From: a virus
Reading direction: 5' to 3' (one strand)
DNA: 64,000 bases
Virus record (IMG/VR): IMGVR_UViG_3300025098_000014
Positions 1-8,059 of the stretch are shown here, one piece after another. Position 1 is the first letter of the stretch. Each line of letters begins with the position of its first letter. The position numbers were made by a program, and so were the translations under genes. The notes under the pieces were generated by a model, which had not been told where the DNA came from, searched no databases, and saw only the letters and a list, made by a program, of their open reading frames with translations.

Positions 1-46
1 AAGATTATTGATTTGAGAAATATCATTCCATATTTTTGTTGCTGAT

Positions 47-1426
47 TTAATCAAATTTAAACCCCTGAAATTTGTTTTCTTTTACAAAAGTTTCTTCTTT
101 AGTATCATCGCCATCGCCATGGAGAGATCCACCTTCGCTTTGTTCACAATCATACAGCCTCATCTTCGATCTGTCAATACCAATAACAAATCTCTTATTC
201 ATAGTCGGATCACCGTATCTATTCTTCAATTGCTTCACCATGATCTGCCCGAGTCCTTCAAGATCTTCAGATGAAATAAGGGCAAACATAAGATCAGCAG
301 TAGCAGGGAGGCCAAAGGACTCGCTAGTGTCAGTAATGTCAACATCACTGCTACTATAACCAGAACGAGTGGTCTGGGTGGCAGAAACGATAGGGACCTG
401 GGCTTCGACAGCCAATCCTCTAAGTTCTTCAGCAATAGCCTTGATATAGCTATAAGAGTTGACGCCGATAGCTCCGCGATACCTAGCGGAAGCACAAATA
501 TTAAGGTAGTCAATGAAAATAATATCAGGGCGAAAAGATTTCTTAAGTGCCAGATCGTTGAGCAGAGATTTAAAATGTCCACTGTGGGCACTAGCTGTTG
601 GATACTCTTTAATTATAAGAGTGCCCTGAGTTTTTGCAGCAACTTTAGATACTTTTGTCTCGAATAACTGACGAGGTAACTCTGTCAAGTCTCTGATATT
701 AACATCTAAAAGGTTAGCGTCAATTCTTTCAGCAATTTTTTCCTCTGACATCTCCATTGTAATGTATAAAACATTTTTGCCCTGCAATAAAACTGAACTT
801 GCTAAATGACACATAAAAAGAGATTTACCAACACCAGTACCAGCTAGAGCAATGGTAAGTGTCTTATTGGGCATACCTCCTTTCGTAATCTTATTAAAAT
901 ATTCAAGATCGAATGGGATCTTTGATTCGTCTTTATGATAAAAGTCGTATCTTGCTTCATAATCTTGGAGATAATCATGACCAATATGATTATCAAAAGA
1001 AACCGCAAGGGCATCTTGCATAATACCAGGGATAGAATCTCTGGTCTTTTCAGTATCTTTACCGTCTGCAATCTGAATAGACTCCATCAGTGCCAAATAA
1101 ATTGCCCGGTCGCGACACCACTTTTCAGTAGCATCTAACAACCACTGAGTATGAGTTTCACTCTCAGTCAATACTTCCACTAAGGTTAGAGCATCTTTAC
1201 ATTCAGATTCAGAGATATCACTACGATTTTGTACTTCAATATTAAGGATTTCTGGTGTTAGAATCCTATCGTATAGATTGACAAAGGAACTGATCTCCTC
1301 AAAAACAAGTCTTTCATTGCGCTCATCAAAATAATCAGGTTCTATAAATGGTAGAACCTTTCTAAGAAACTCTTCATCGTGAATGAGGTTTCTTAGAATA
1401 GTCAGTTCAATCCTGTCACTCATCAT
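47..1426 (-). CDS. gp41: T4-like replicative DNA helicase (DnaB family)
   Basis: Walker A AGTGVGKS, YITMEMSE, IFIDYLNI, SATQTTR, SESFGLPATAD, QLKNRY; next to uvsX/gp43. Confidence 0.97.
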   Translation of the reverse strand: MMSDRIELTILRNLIHDEEFLRKVLPFIEPDYFDERNERLVFEEISSFVNLYDRILTPEILNIEVQNRSDISESECKDALTLVEVLTESETHTQWLLDATEKWCRDRAIYLALMESIQIADGKDTEKTRDSIPGIMQDALAVSFDNHIGHDYLQDYEARYDFYHKDESKIPFDLEYFNKITKGGMPNKTLTIALAGTGVGKSLFMCHLASSVLLQGKNVLYITMEMSEEKIAERIDANLLDVNIRDLTELPRQLFETKVSKVAAKTQGTLIIKEYPTASAHSGHFKSLLNDLALKKSFRPDIIFIDYLNICASARYRGAIGVNSYSYIKAIAEELRGLAVEAQVPIVSATQTTRSGYSSSDVDITDTSESFGLPATADLMFALISSEDLEGLGQIMVKQLKNRYGDPTMNKRFVIGIDRSKMRLYDCEQSEGGSLHGDGDDTKEETFVKENKFQGFKFD

Positions 1427-2427
1427 TCACCATAGCTAAATTCTTTACGAGCAATCTCGTCAAGTTGTTGCATCACTTCTTCAGTAAAATACTTCTCAGG
1501 TTCCTTGTAAACTTGCTTGGCATAGACTTTCTTACCATCGATCTCATAACGACCTGCAACATTCTTCCAGAGACCTCCAAGTTCTCCTAATTCAAGCAAT
1601 CCATAATGACGATCAAGTCCACGCTCATCATAGTATAAACGAATAGTGGCGTCCTTGTTCTCCTTGCTTAAACGAGACTTGTGAGTCTTAGCCTTGATAA
1701 GGTTTCCGATGACTTCTGTTCCATCCTTCTCTTTCTTCTTGCTGAGATAGATGATTGTACTTGCTGCATACTTGAGTCCACTACCTCCTCCCATTTCTTT
1801 TGTAGGTACATATGCGCCAATGACATCGTAAGTATGGTTGGTAACAATCATAGGTATTTTAGCCTGTCCTAGTTTCAATGTCAACATTCTGAAGGCACCT
1901 TTAACCAGTTGTGATTTTGTCATATCACGAACTTGCTTTTCATCCAAAGCATCACGGATCTCTTTCTCAGTTGAAAGCATACCGAGAGAATCTAATACAA
2001 ACATACATGGTTTGCGCTCTCCTTCAGGTTTCTTTAGATACAAATCAACTGCTCTCAATGCTTTACTACGAAACTCTTCGATAGTTACAACATTGACAAC
2101 TACCAAGCGATCAAGAGGTAGTCCACGGCTCTCAAGAAGAGACTTATTAATTGCTGCCTCAGTGTCAAAATAGAGACAATACCCATCAGGATTAGTGTCA
2201 AGGAAATTTTGAACGACAGCGAGGCTAAAGAAAGTCTTCCCAGTAGAAGACTCACCAGCAATGGCAGTAATCTTATTCCCAGAAACACCACCAAATACGC
2301 TACCTGAGACCAGTGAATTAAAAATGTAAGAACCCGTGTCCACATAAGTTTCAGAATCGTCAATATCTTTGGCAAGCTGAGTATAGTCATCTCCAATTTC
2401 TTTGATGATCTCTTTAAGAAAATCCAT
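1423..2427 (-). CDS. uvsX: RecA-like recombinase UvsX
   Basis: AGESSTGKT Walker A, YFDTE, VLDSLGML, MGGGSGLKYAAS. Confidence 0.97.
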   Translation of the reverse strand: MDFLKEIIKEIGDDYTQLAKDIDDSETYVDTGSYIFNSLVSGSVFGGVSGNKITAIAGESSTGKTFFSLAVVQNFLDTNPDGYCLYFDTEAAINKSLLESRGLPLDRLVVVNVVTIEEFRSKALRAVDLYLKKPEGERKPCMFVLDSLGMLSTEKEIRDALDEKQVRDMTKSQLVKGAFRMLTLKLGQAKIPMIVTNHTYDVIGAYVPTKEMGGGSGLKYAASTIIYLSKKKEKDGTEVIGNLIKAKTHKSRLSKENKDATIRLYYDERGLDRHYGLLELGELGGLWKNVAGRYEIDGKKVYAKQVYKEPEKYFTEEVMQQLDEIARKEFSYGE

Positions 2428-2595
2428 TCAACTCCATCTCAAGGTTTTCAAGTATTCTAGCACATTTTCGCGCATTGACATCAGTTCATTAAAACATTTT
2501 TGGTTATGAGCACAGGATCTAAGTTCCTGATCCGGTTTATGAACGGACTCGATAAAAAGATCAAGCCCTCTATTCCATTTTTCTTGATCTGTCAT
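2428..2595 (-). CDS. Small hypothetical protein (55 aa)
   Basis: ATG at 2595 overlaps the gp43 stop (ATGA) and fills the gap to uvsX; the ORF-track start at 2637 lies inside gp43. Confidence 0.7.
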   Translation of the reverse strand: MTDQEKWNRGLDLFIESVHKPDQELRSCAHNQKCFNELMSMRENVLEYLKTLRWS

Positions 2596-5087
2596 GAGAA
2601 GAAGTCCTCTAAGTTTGCGGTTTTTTCTACGGACCATCCAATAGCAGTAAGAATGGTCTTTAACGGTTCTAAAAATGCCTTGCTAAATTGCAAATCATAA
2701 TCAATATACTTATTAAGATTTAGTTCTTTGGGAAAGTCCTGAATAAAGGAAATAACATTCTCATGAATGGTATTTGGTATCTTCAAATAACAGAATTTAA
2801 TCTTTTCTCCATTCTTAATTAGAGAATACTTGTTAGTAAGATTCGCTTTCTTAATATAATGATTGTATAGAAGAGCTCCACGACAATGAATAGGAGTTCT
2901 TTCAGCGTAAATTTCTGACGGAGATTTATACTTCACTACATCACTGACGGATCTTGGGAAAGAGATCTCTTCAGGAGTTAGTTCATTAAATTTCTTACGA
3001 CAGTCACCTATGTAGTCAATCATATCATCTTCAGATCCAGTCATCATAATTTTGAAAGAGTCCTTCAACATTTGACGACAAGGTGCAGGTGTGGAAGACT
3101 TTACAGCCTCGATACCCATCACTTTTAATTTAGGTTCTGTGTATTGAACACCTTCACTATTCCAAACATTAAGAATGTACCTCTTCTTTGCAGTCCAGAT
3201 GCCACGATCAGCGATATTCTCTCTCTTCATTTGCATCTTTTGTTCGTATGCCGAAACATAGTCTGCAAGATCTTGATACGAGTTATCAATAAACGGTTCT
3301 AATTTATCTTCGCAGATCCTATCAAGTAGTGCAACAATTGCTGCCTTATCATCAGACTTATTACCAAGAAACTTAGTAACAAGAGGTCCAAGGTTAAGAT
3401 AGATTGAGTCAGTGTCAGATGCAATAACATAATCTTCACCCTCAGTAGATAAGAGTTTGTTTAGATATTGATTCATCTTGTTCTCAATCCAACGAATTGA
3501 AACCTGACCAGATAAAGTAATAGCCTCCGCATTTGCTAGTTTAAAATATCTGAAATATTGATTACCAATAGCACCATAAGCAGAGTTAAGAGAAATCTTC
3601 TTCGCCATTTGAATGTTGTTACATCTGGAGATTTCTTTCTTAAGTGCATCAGTAGGAGTCTTCTCAAACTCTTGCTTGGCTTTAAGCATGCGCTTCTTGA
3701 AGATAACTCTCTCACCATACATCTTCTCCATCAACTCAGGCAAGAACCCTTTCTTATCTTTACGGAACATGGCACCATTCGGACAAACAGCATTGTCCTT
3801 ATACATCTCAAAACTTATTTGCTCAGAAAGTATCTTATCAACTGTTGCTGTTGGATGCTTTTCATCCAAGAGGGTTTCTGGTGAGATATTGTACTGCATA
3901 ATAAGATGAGGGTACAGACTGTTGAGGTCAAAAGAAACCACCCAATCATAGACTCCCGGAATCGGTTCCTTAACATAGGCTCCTGCATACTTTTCATCCT
4001 TATCAGTTTTTTCCTTAGGGGGAATGACTATGCCTTTCTTCTTCAAATAATTATAGATGATGGTGTCCCACATCCTTACTTGATAAAATACATCGCTATA
4101 GTTAACTTTAGCATCGTATGCCATAGTTAAAGCAAGCTCGATCAACTTCATCTTATCTTCAAGACGGTCTACGAGCTCCACATCGATAATGTTATATTCT
4201 ACAAATTTTTGCCACCCGTGAGTATAGAAGTCCTTAAATGTATCAAACTCAGAGTGGTCAAGTTTCTTCTGACCGAGTTCTACATTGGCAATATGATCAA
4301 GACGATATGATTCCTGATTGGTATATGTAAACTTTTTATAAAGATCAAGATAATCTAACTGTGAAATACCGCCAATATCGTAGAAAATTTGTCTACGACC
4401 TTTGATAAAGACTTCTTTTTGGGATACTAATCCCCAAGGCGATAATCTCTTAGCAAGTTTTTCGCCAAGAACACGATCAATACGCTTTGCAATGAATGGC
4501 ATATCGAACAACTGAATGTTCCAACCAGTCACAACATCAGGAGTATTCTCCATCCACCAGTTGATAAAACTGTTGAGTAGATCCCGCTCATTGTTGAACT
4601 GAATGTAGCGAACATTGTCCTGTTTAATCTTGAACGGACCCTGACCCCAGGTTGTAATCTCTTTTGTATTATAATCCTGAATAGTAATCAGCAGGATCTC
4701 TTGATCAGCTGTCTCAACATCAGGAAATCCATTCTCAGCACGAGTTTCGATATCGACTGTGATGAGGCGAATCTTACTAGCGTCAAATTTAATCTCATCT
4801 TGAGGATACTTATCAGAAATATACTGATAGATGTACCTCTCATTACCATACACTTTAAAATTATCTACCTCACCATAACTTTTTAAGAAGTCGCGACAGT
4901 CTGATACAAAACCAGGTTTAATTGGTTCGACATACTCCCCATCAAGAGTTTTATGAAAAGTTTCTTTCTTGGCAGGAACAAATAATGTAGGTTTGTATTT
5001 TTCTCTAAACTGAATGTACTCACCATTTTCATAACCACGAACGAGGAACTGATCCCCAATCATTTGTACATTAGTATAGAATTTCAT
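2592..5087 (-). CDS. gp43: Family B DNA polymerase
   Basis: Exo motifs DIET, GWNIQLFD, YNIIDV; Pol motifs SFDLNSLYP, KISLNSAYG, ASDTDS, KKRY; no intein-sized insertion. Confidence 0.98.
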   Translation of the reverse strand: MKFYTNVQMIGDQFLVRGYENGEYIQFREKYKPTLFVPAKKETFHKTLDGEYVEPIKPGFVSDCRDFLKSYGEVDNFKVYGNERYIYQYISDKYPQDEIKFDASKIRLITVDIETRAENGFPDVETADQEILLITIQDYNTKEITTWGQGPFKIKQDNVRYIQFNNERDLLNSFINWWMENTPDVVTGWNIQLFDMPFIAKRIDRVLGEKLAKRLSPWGLVSQKEVFIKGRRQIFYDIGGISQLDYLDLYKKFTYTNQESYRLDHIANVELGQKKLDHSEFDTFKDFYTHGWQKFVEYNIIDVELVDRLEDKMKLIELALTMAYDAKVNYSDVFYQVRMWDTIIYNYLKKKGIVIPPKEKTDKDEKYAGAYVKEPIPGVYDWVVSFDLNSLYPHLIMQYNISPETLLDEKHPTATVDKILSEQISFEMYKDNAVCPNGAMFRKDKKGFLPELMEKMYGERVIFKKRMLKAKQEFEKTPTDALKKEISRCNNIQMAKKISLNSAYGAIGNQYFRYFKLANAEAITLSGQVSIRWIENKMNQYLNKLLSTEGEDYVIASDTDSIYLNLGPLVTKFLGNKSDDKAAIVALLDRICEDKLEPFIDNSYQDLADYVSAYEQKMQMKRENIADRGIWTAKKRYILNVWNSEGVQYTEPKLKVMGIEAVKSSTPAPCRQMLKDSFKIMMTGSEDDMIDYIGDCRKKFNELTPEEISFPRSVSDVVKYKSPSEIYAERTPIHCRGALLYNHYIKKANLTNKYSLIKNGEKIKFCYLKIPNTIHENVISFIQDFPKELNLNKYIDYDLQFSKAFLEPLKTILTAIGWSVEKTANLEDFFS

Positions 5088-5374
5088 TCAGAAAGCAGTT
5101 CGTTGTATGCTTGAAGGATATGTGACTCAGGATCAACTAGAGTCAGAATAGTATCACTTTGAATTCTGCATTTCTTATCAGAAGAAATGTTCAGTACTTT
5201 CCAAGGTACAAGACGATCTTTATACGGACCCTTGAACCCATCCTCTTGAGGAATAAACTCATAGGGGTTGTCTAACTCACAATCGGGTTCTCCAATGTCA
5301 GCACCAACTTCCTTAATACCTGCAATAATACAGAGGTAGTCTTCCTTGAATACGATTACTTTAATTGGATCCAT
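5084..5374 (-). CDS. Hypothetical protein upstream of gp43 (possibly Sm-like)
   Basis: ORF track; overlaps both neighbours; position typical of cyanomyoviruses. Confidence 0.7.
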   Translation of the reverse strand: MDPIKVIVFKEDYLCIIAGIKEVGADIGEPDCELDNPYEFIPQEDGFKGPYKDRLVPWKVLNISSDKKCRIQSDTILTLVDPESHILQAYNELLSE

Positions 5375-5672
5375 CAGTTACCTCTTGATACATTTTTTTG
5401 AGATCAGCGACTGGTTCAAAGATAGTTTGAACCGAATTTGGATTTACAATGAAGGTAGTCTCTTGAGTAAGAGGTTGCCAAGTAGCAAGAGATACTTGAG
5501 ATGTATTCTCTGCGGTTTCATTATTATCTTCTGATAGCAGCATGGTTGGCTGCATGATAACACGAAATGGTTTAGTGAACATGTATTGACGAGCCTTATC
5601 TTCAGGGTCAATCAACTCTTTAATGTCAGCAATGATGGAGTCATTGCCGATGATAGCAATTCTAACGGACAT
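5361..5672 (-). CDS. Hypothetical protein (possibly Sm-like)
   Basis: Start moved to MSVRIAIIG (5672), downstream of a terminator, an extended -10 and a GAGG RBS. Confidence 0.7.
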   Translation of the reverse strand: MSVRIAIIGNDSIIADIKELIDPEDKARQYMFTKPFRVIMQPTMLLSEDNNETAENTSQVSLATWQPLTQETTFIVNPNSVQTIFEPVADLKKMYQEVTDGSN

Positions 5673-5694
5673 AATGCAGTTTTTACCTCTTCCT

Positions 5695-5703
5695 ATTATA
5701 CCA
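5695..5703 (-). promoter_or_regulatory. Extended -10 promoter (TGGTATAAT) for the polymerase operon
   Basis: Minus strand reads tggtataat directly after the hsp20 terminator. Confidence 0.55.
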
Positions 5704-5704
5704 T

Positions 5705-5728
5705 AAAAAAGGGGGGCATACACCCCCC
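5705..5728 (-). terminator. Rho-independent terminator after hsp20
   Basis: GGGGGG-tgtatg-CCCCCC followed by TTTTTT on the minus strand. Confidence 0.85.
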
Positions 5729-5737
5729 TGCCGATAT

Positions 5738-6172
5738 TTAGAACCAATCTTTCCGTTGATGATGCTCTGGAACTATCCTAGCCAAACATATTGAAAGGAG
5801 TCCATCCTCAAATTCTACACTCTTCACTTCTACATCCTCAGAGAGCGTCCATACCCTCGTAAAGGACCTCTGTGCTAGTCCCTTATGCTGATAAGTAGTT
5901 TCGGTCTCCTTGTCCTCTTTCTGACCCTCTACAAAGAGTTTGCCATCCTGTGTATAGACAAATAACTCTGCTTTTTTAAACCCTGCCAGGGCGATCTCTA
6001 GCCTGGACTCTACAGAATTTATGGATACTAGATTGTAGGGAGGATAATTAGTAGTGGTCTCATGTAGTGAGTATAAACGATCAAAGTATTCGTTCATACC
6101 AATGCTATTGCGGTGAACACGATCCAAAAATTGGTCGATGTTAGACGCACCATACTTAGTAAGGTCGGTCAT
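5738..6172 (-). CDS. hsp20: Small heat-shock protein (Hsp20/IbpA family)
   Basis: YPPYNL, LEIALAGF, HKGLAQRSFTR, FEDGLLSI; start MTDLTKY at 6172 follows an AGGAG RBS. Confidence 0.96.
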   Translation of the reverse strand: MTDLTKYGASNIDQFLDRVHRNSIGMNEYFDRLYSLHETTTNYPPYNLVSINSVESRLEIALAGFKKAELFVYTQDGKLFVEGQKEDKETETTYQHKGLAQRSFTRVWTLSEDVEVKSVEFEDGLLSICLARIVPEHHQRKDWF

Positions 6173-6227
6173 TTTTAGCTCCTTTAAAAGCGAGTTTGTA
6201 TTGTGTGGACCCCGAAGGCATCCACTA
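6173..6227 (-). promoter_or_regulatory. ROSE-like RNA thermometer in the hsp20 5' UTR
   Basis: Hairpin GUGGAUGCC-UUCG-GGGUCCAC, then CUCGCU-uuuaa-AGGAG, which pairs the SD with a bulged G; GATAAATA late-type promoter at 6229-6236. Confidence 0.65.
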
Positions 6228-6246
6228 ATATTTATCAAACAACATT

Positions 6247-6278
6247 AAAAAACGGGGTAGAGAACCCCGTATTTTTTT
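6247..6278. terminator. Bidirectional Rho-independent terminator
   Basis: A-run, ACGGGG-tagagaa-CCCCGT, T-run. Confidence 0.8.
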
Positions 6279-6374
6279 ATTCGGTTTACATTAATTGGGA
6301 AGGGGGCGTGAATCCCCCTATCTACTTTGGTAGCGAATCCGTCGTAGAGAGTCGCGCACGAAAGAGCGACGATT
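6247..6374 (-). ncRNA. Candidate structured small RNA between regA and hsp20
   Basis: CATAAATA late-promoter-like site (6375-6382), a GC-rich ORF-less stretch with several hairpins, and a terminator. Confidence 0.45.
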
Positions 6375-6377
6375 TAT

Positions 6378-6821
6378 TTATGAATTCTCTTCACTTTCAA
6401 CTTTAACTTTACGACCAATATTGTACTTAGTCTCCAAGGTCCAATTTCCTTTATCTTTATATGCTAAGACTTTGATCTGATTGAGGGGAGCAATATCTTG
6501 AATCCTTTCTGCATTAACAACAGAAATAAGTCCCCAGTCAGCAAGCAATTGAGTAATTCTATTGCGTCTTTGAACATCATTTAAAGTAAGATTTGCTTTC
6601 TTACCATCAAGAGCAAACAACTCTTTAAAATGTACGATGAAATACCTTCCTTGCTTATGCAAGATATGGCATGACTGATAAAGTTTTTTTTCTTTTCTAG
6701 ATGCTACGCCAATTCTAGTTAGCGTTTCTCTCACTTTTAAGAAATCATCCGGTTCACTGAGAGAAACTTCTACCATTTCTTCAGACGACCACTCAACGGT
6801 CGGTTCAATAACGACGCTCAT
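6378..6821 (-). CDS. regA: Translational repressor RegA
   Basis: PDDFLKVRETLTRIGVASRK, LYQSCHILHKQGRYFIVHFKELFALDG. Confidence 0.97.
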   Translation of the reverse strand: MSVVIEPTVEWSSEEMVEVSLSEPDDFLKVRETLTRIGVASRKEKKLYQSCHILHKQGRYFIVHFKELFALDGKKANLTLNDVQRRNRITQLLADWGLISVVNAERIQDIAPLNQIKVLAYKDKGNWTLETKYNIGRKVKVESEENS

Positions 6822-6842
6822 GTCAAAAACAAAAACTTTTTA

Positions 6843-7685
6843 TTATTTAGCTAAACTCCTCTTGACATTCTCTAACGATGGTTTAAGTATTTCATAGGTT
6901 TCCTTATAAGCCATTTTATTGATCCATCGCTTATCCCAAAACTCTTCTAATTTGCAATCTTTGCCTGTGTGATCTTCATATATTCCCATGAATACACTCA
7001 GTAAATCCCAGTGGCAGTTTGGAAAATACTGAGGTGACAAACAAACAAAGATATGATCGTAATCATACTCCCCATGATCATACTCTTCTGCAGTTGCAAA
7101 CCCCCAGTCAGCATACTCTCCGACATGATTGCAAATAAATCTATTTACAGGACTCCTAGTATCTTCTTCAGATTTATCTCCATTATGAATCCATACCATT
7201 CTCTTCAGTTTACCTAAGGTGTGTAGATAAGCTCCCCAACTTCCCTCGTCAACTTTACCATAAGCCTTTGTCAGGTGATACTCTAAGAGGTGAAGTGCTA
7301 GAAAAGTTTCATTACTGTAGTCACCGGTATCAGTTTCAATCTTATCGATGTAGCATCCTGCTAGAAAGTCATCATGATGATCGATATTAATTATTTCCAG
7401 ATCATCTTTATCTAGAACAGAGTCGAGAATATAATCATGATCCAATCCAAAGGCAACAGTTATATTTGGATTAGCTGTCAATGCTTTTGTAAAGGTGTCT
7501 AACATATAGTCTAGACACTTTTCATCAATAATTTTTTCTCTCTGCTTAAGATCAGGATATTTTTTAAAGTATAGATTCCATTTTGTAGTCGGATGCCACT
7601 CATCCCAGAGTTCATCATCTTCATTGGGCCAGTCTTCAACATTAGGAAAACAATAATCAATATCAATGCTAAGAACTTTTGTCAT
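6843..7685 (-). CDS. Putative arginase/deacetylase-fold (UPF0489-like) metallo-hydrolase
   Basis: VLSIDIDYC, DHDYI, INIDHHDD, DEGSW, FVCLSPQYFP metal-ligand-like motifs. Confidence 0.55.
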   Translation of the reverse strand: MTKVLSIDIDYCFPNVEDWPNEDDELWDEWHPTTKWNLYFKKYPDLKQREKIIDEKCLDYMLDTFTKALTANPNITVAFGLDHDYILDSVLDKDDLEIINIDHHDDFLAGCYIDKIETDTGDYSNETFLALHLLEYHLTKAYGKVDEGSWGAYLHTLGKLKRMVWIHNGDKSEEDTRSPVNRFICNHVGEYADWGFATAEEYDHGEYDYDHIFVCLSPQYFPNCHWDLLSVFMGIYEDHTGKDCKLEEFWDKRWINKMAYKETYEILKPSLENVKRSLAK

Positions 7686-8059
7686 TTAATTCCACCTGTG
7701 TCGAGTTTTTTACGAATATACTCTAGTTGTTCTGGCATAAGAATCTTCAGAGCTTGCTGAGCTTTCTCATTGTTATACTTATAATATTTTTTTACAAGTT
7801 CCAAATCTGCAATCTTTTCTTGGCGCAACCAAGGAGAGAATCTTTTCTTCTTTCTAATGCTATGTAGCAGGAATTGGTACTGCATATCTTTTGACAAATG
7901 ATTGTTCTTATTCATCTCATTCGCAAACAGAATTGCATCCAAATGTCCAGAGAGGCAGCGGTTTACAATGTAAGGAGGATACTTTTTAATATCTTCAGGA
8001 TCCTCACTTAGATCTTCTTTAGTGAGGTTAATAGAATTAAGCCAGTCTTTTAATTCCAT
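7682..8059 (-). CDS. gp62: Clamp loader small subunit
   Basis: MELKDWLNSIN, YPPYIVNRCLS, ANEMN, KKRFSPW, VKKYYKYN. Confidence 0.95.
   Translation of the reverse strand: MELKDWLNSINLTKEDLSEDPEDIKKYPPYIVNRCLSGHLDAILFANEMNKNNHLSKDMQYQFLLHSIRKKKRFSPWLRQEKIADLELVKKYYKYNNEKAQQALKILMPEQLEYIRKKLDTGGIK

Noticed and set aside
2592-5087. Inteins or introns in gp43 (also checked gp41, gp17, uvsW, gp46, gp20, gp23)
   Set aside because: Lengths are typical and the frames are uninterrupted, with no splice or LAGLIDADG motifs seen
6173-6238. ORF-track N-terminal extensions (hsp20 to 6238, gp21 to 28942, 5747, 36467, 36701)
   Set aside because: They run through promoters, terminators or upstream genes; downstream ATGs match family N-termini or RBS positions
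6296-6374. Possible tRNA in the GC-rich intergenic stretch
   Set aside because: No cloverleaf, T-loop GTTCRA or CCA end could be built
6203-6406. 67-aa plus-strand ORF across the regA-hsp20 gap
   Set aside because: Non-ATG start, crosses a bidirectional terminator; region is better explained by RNA structure
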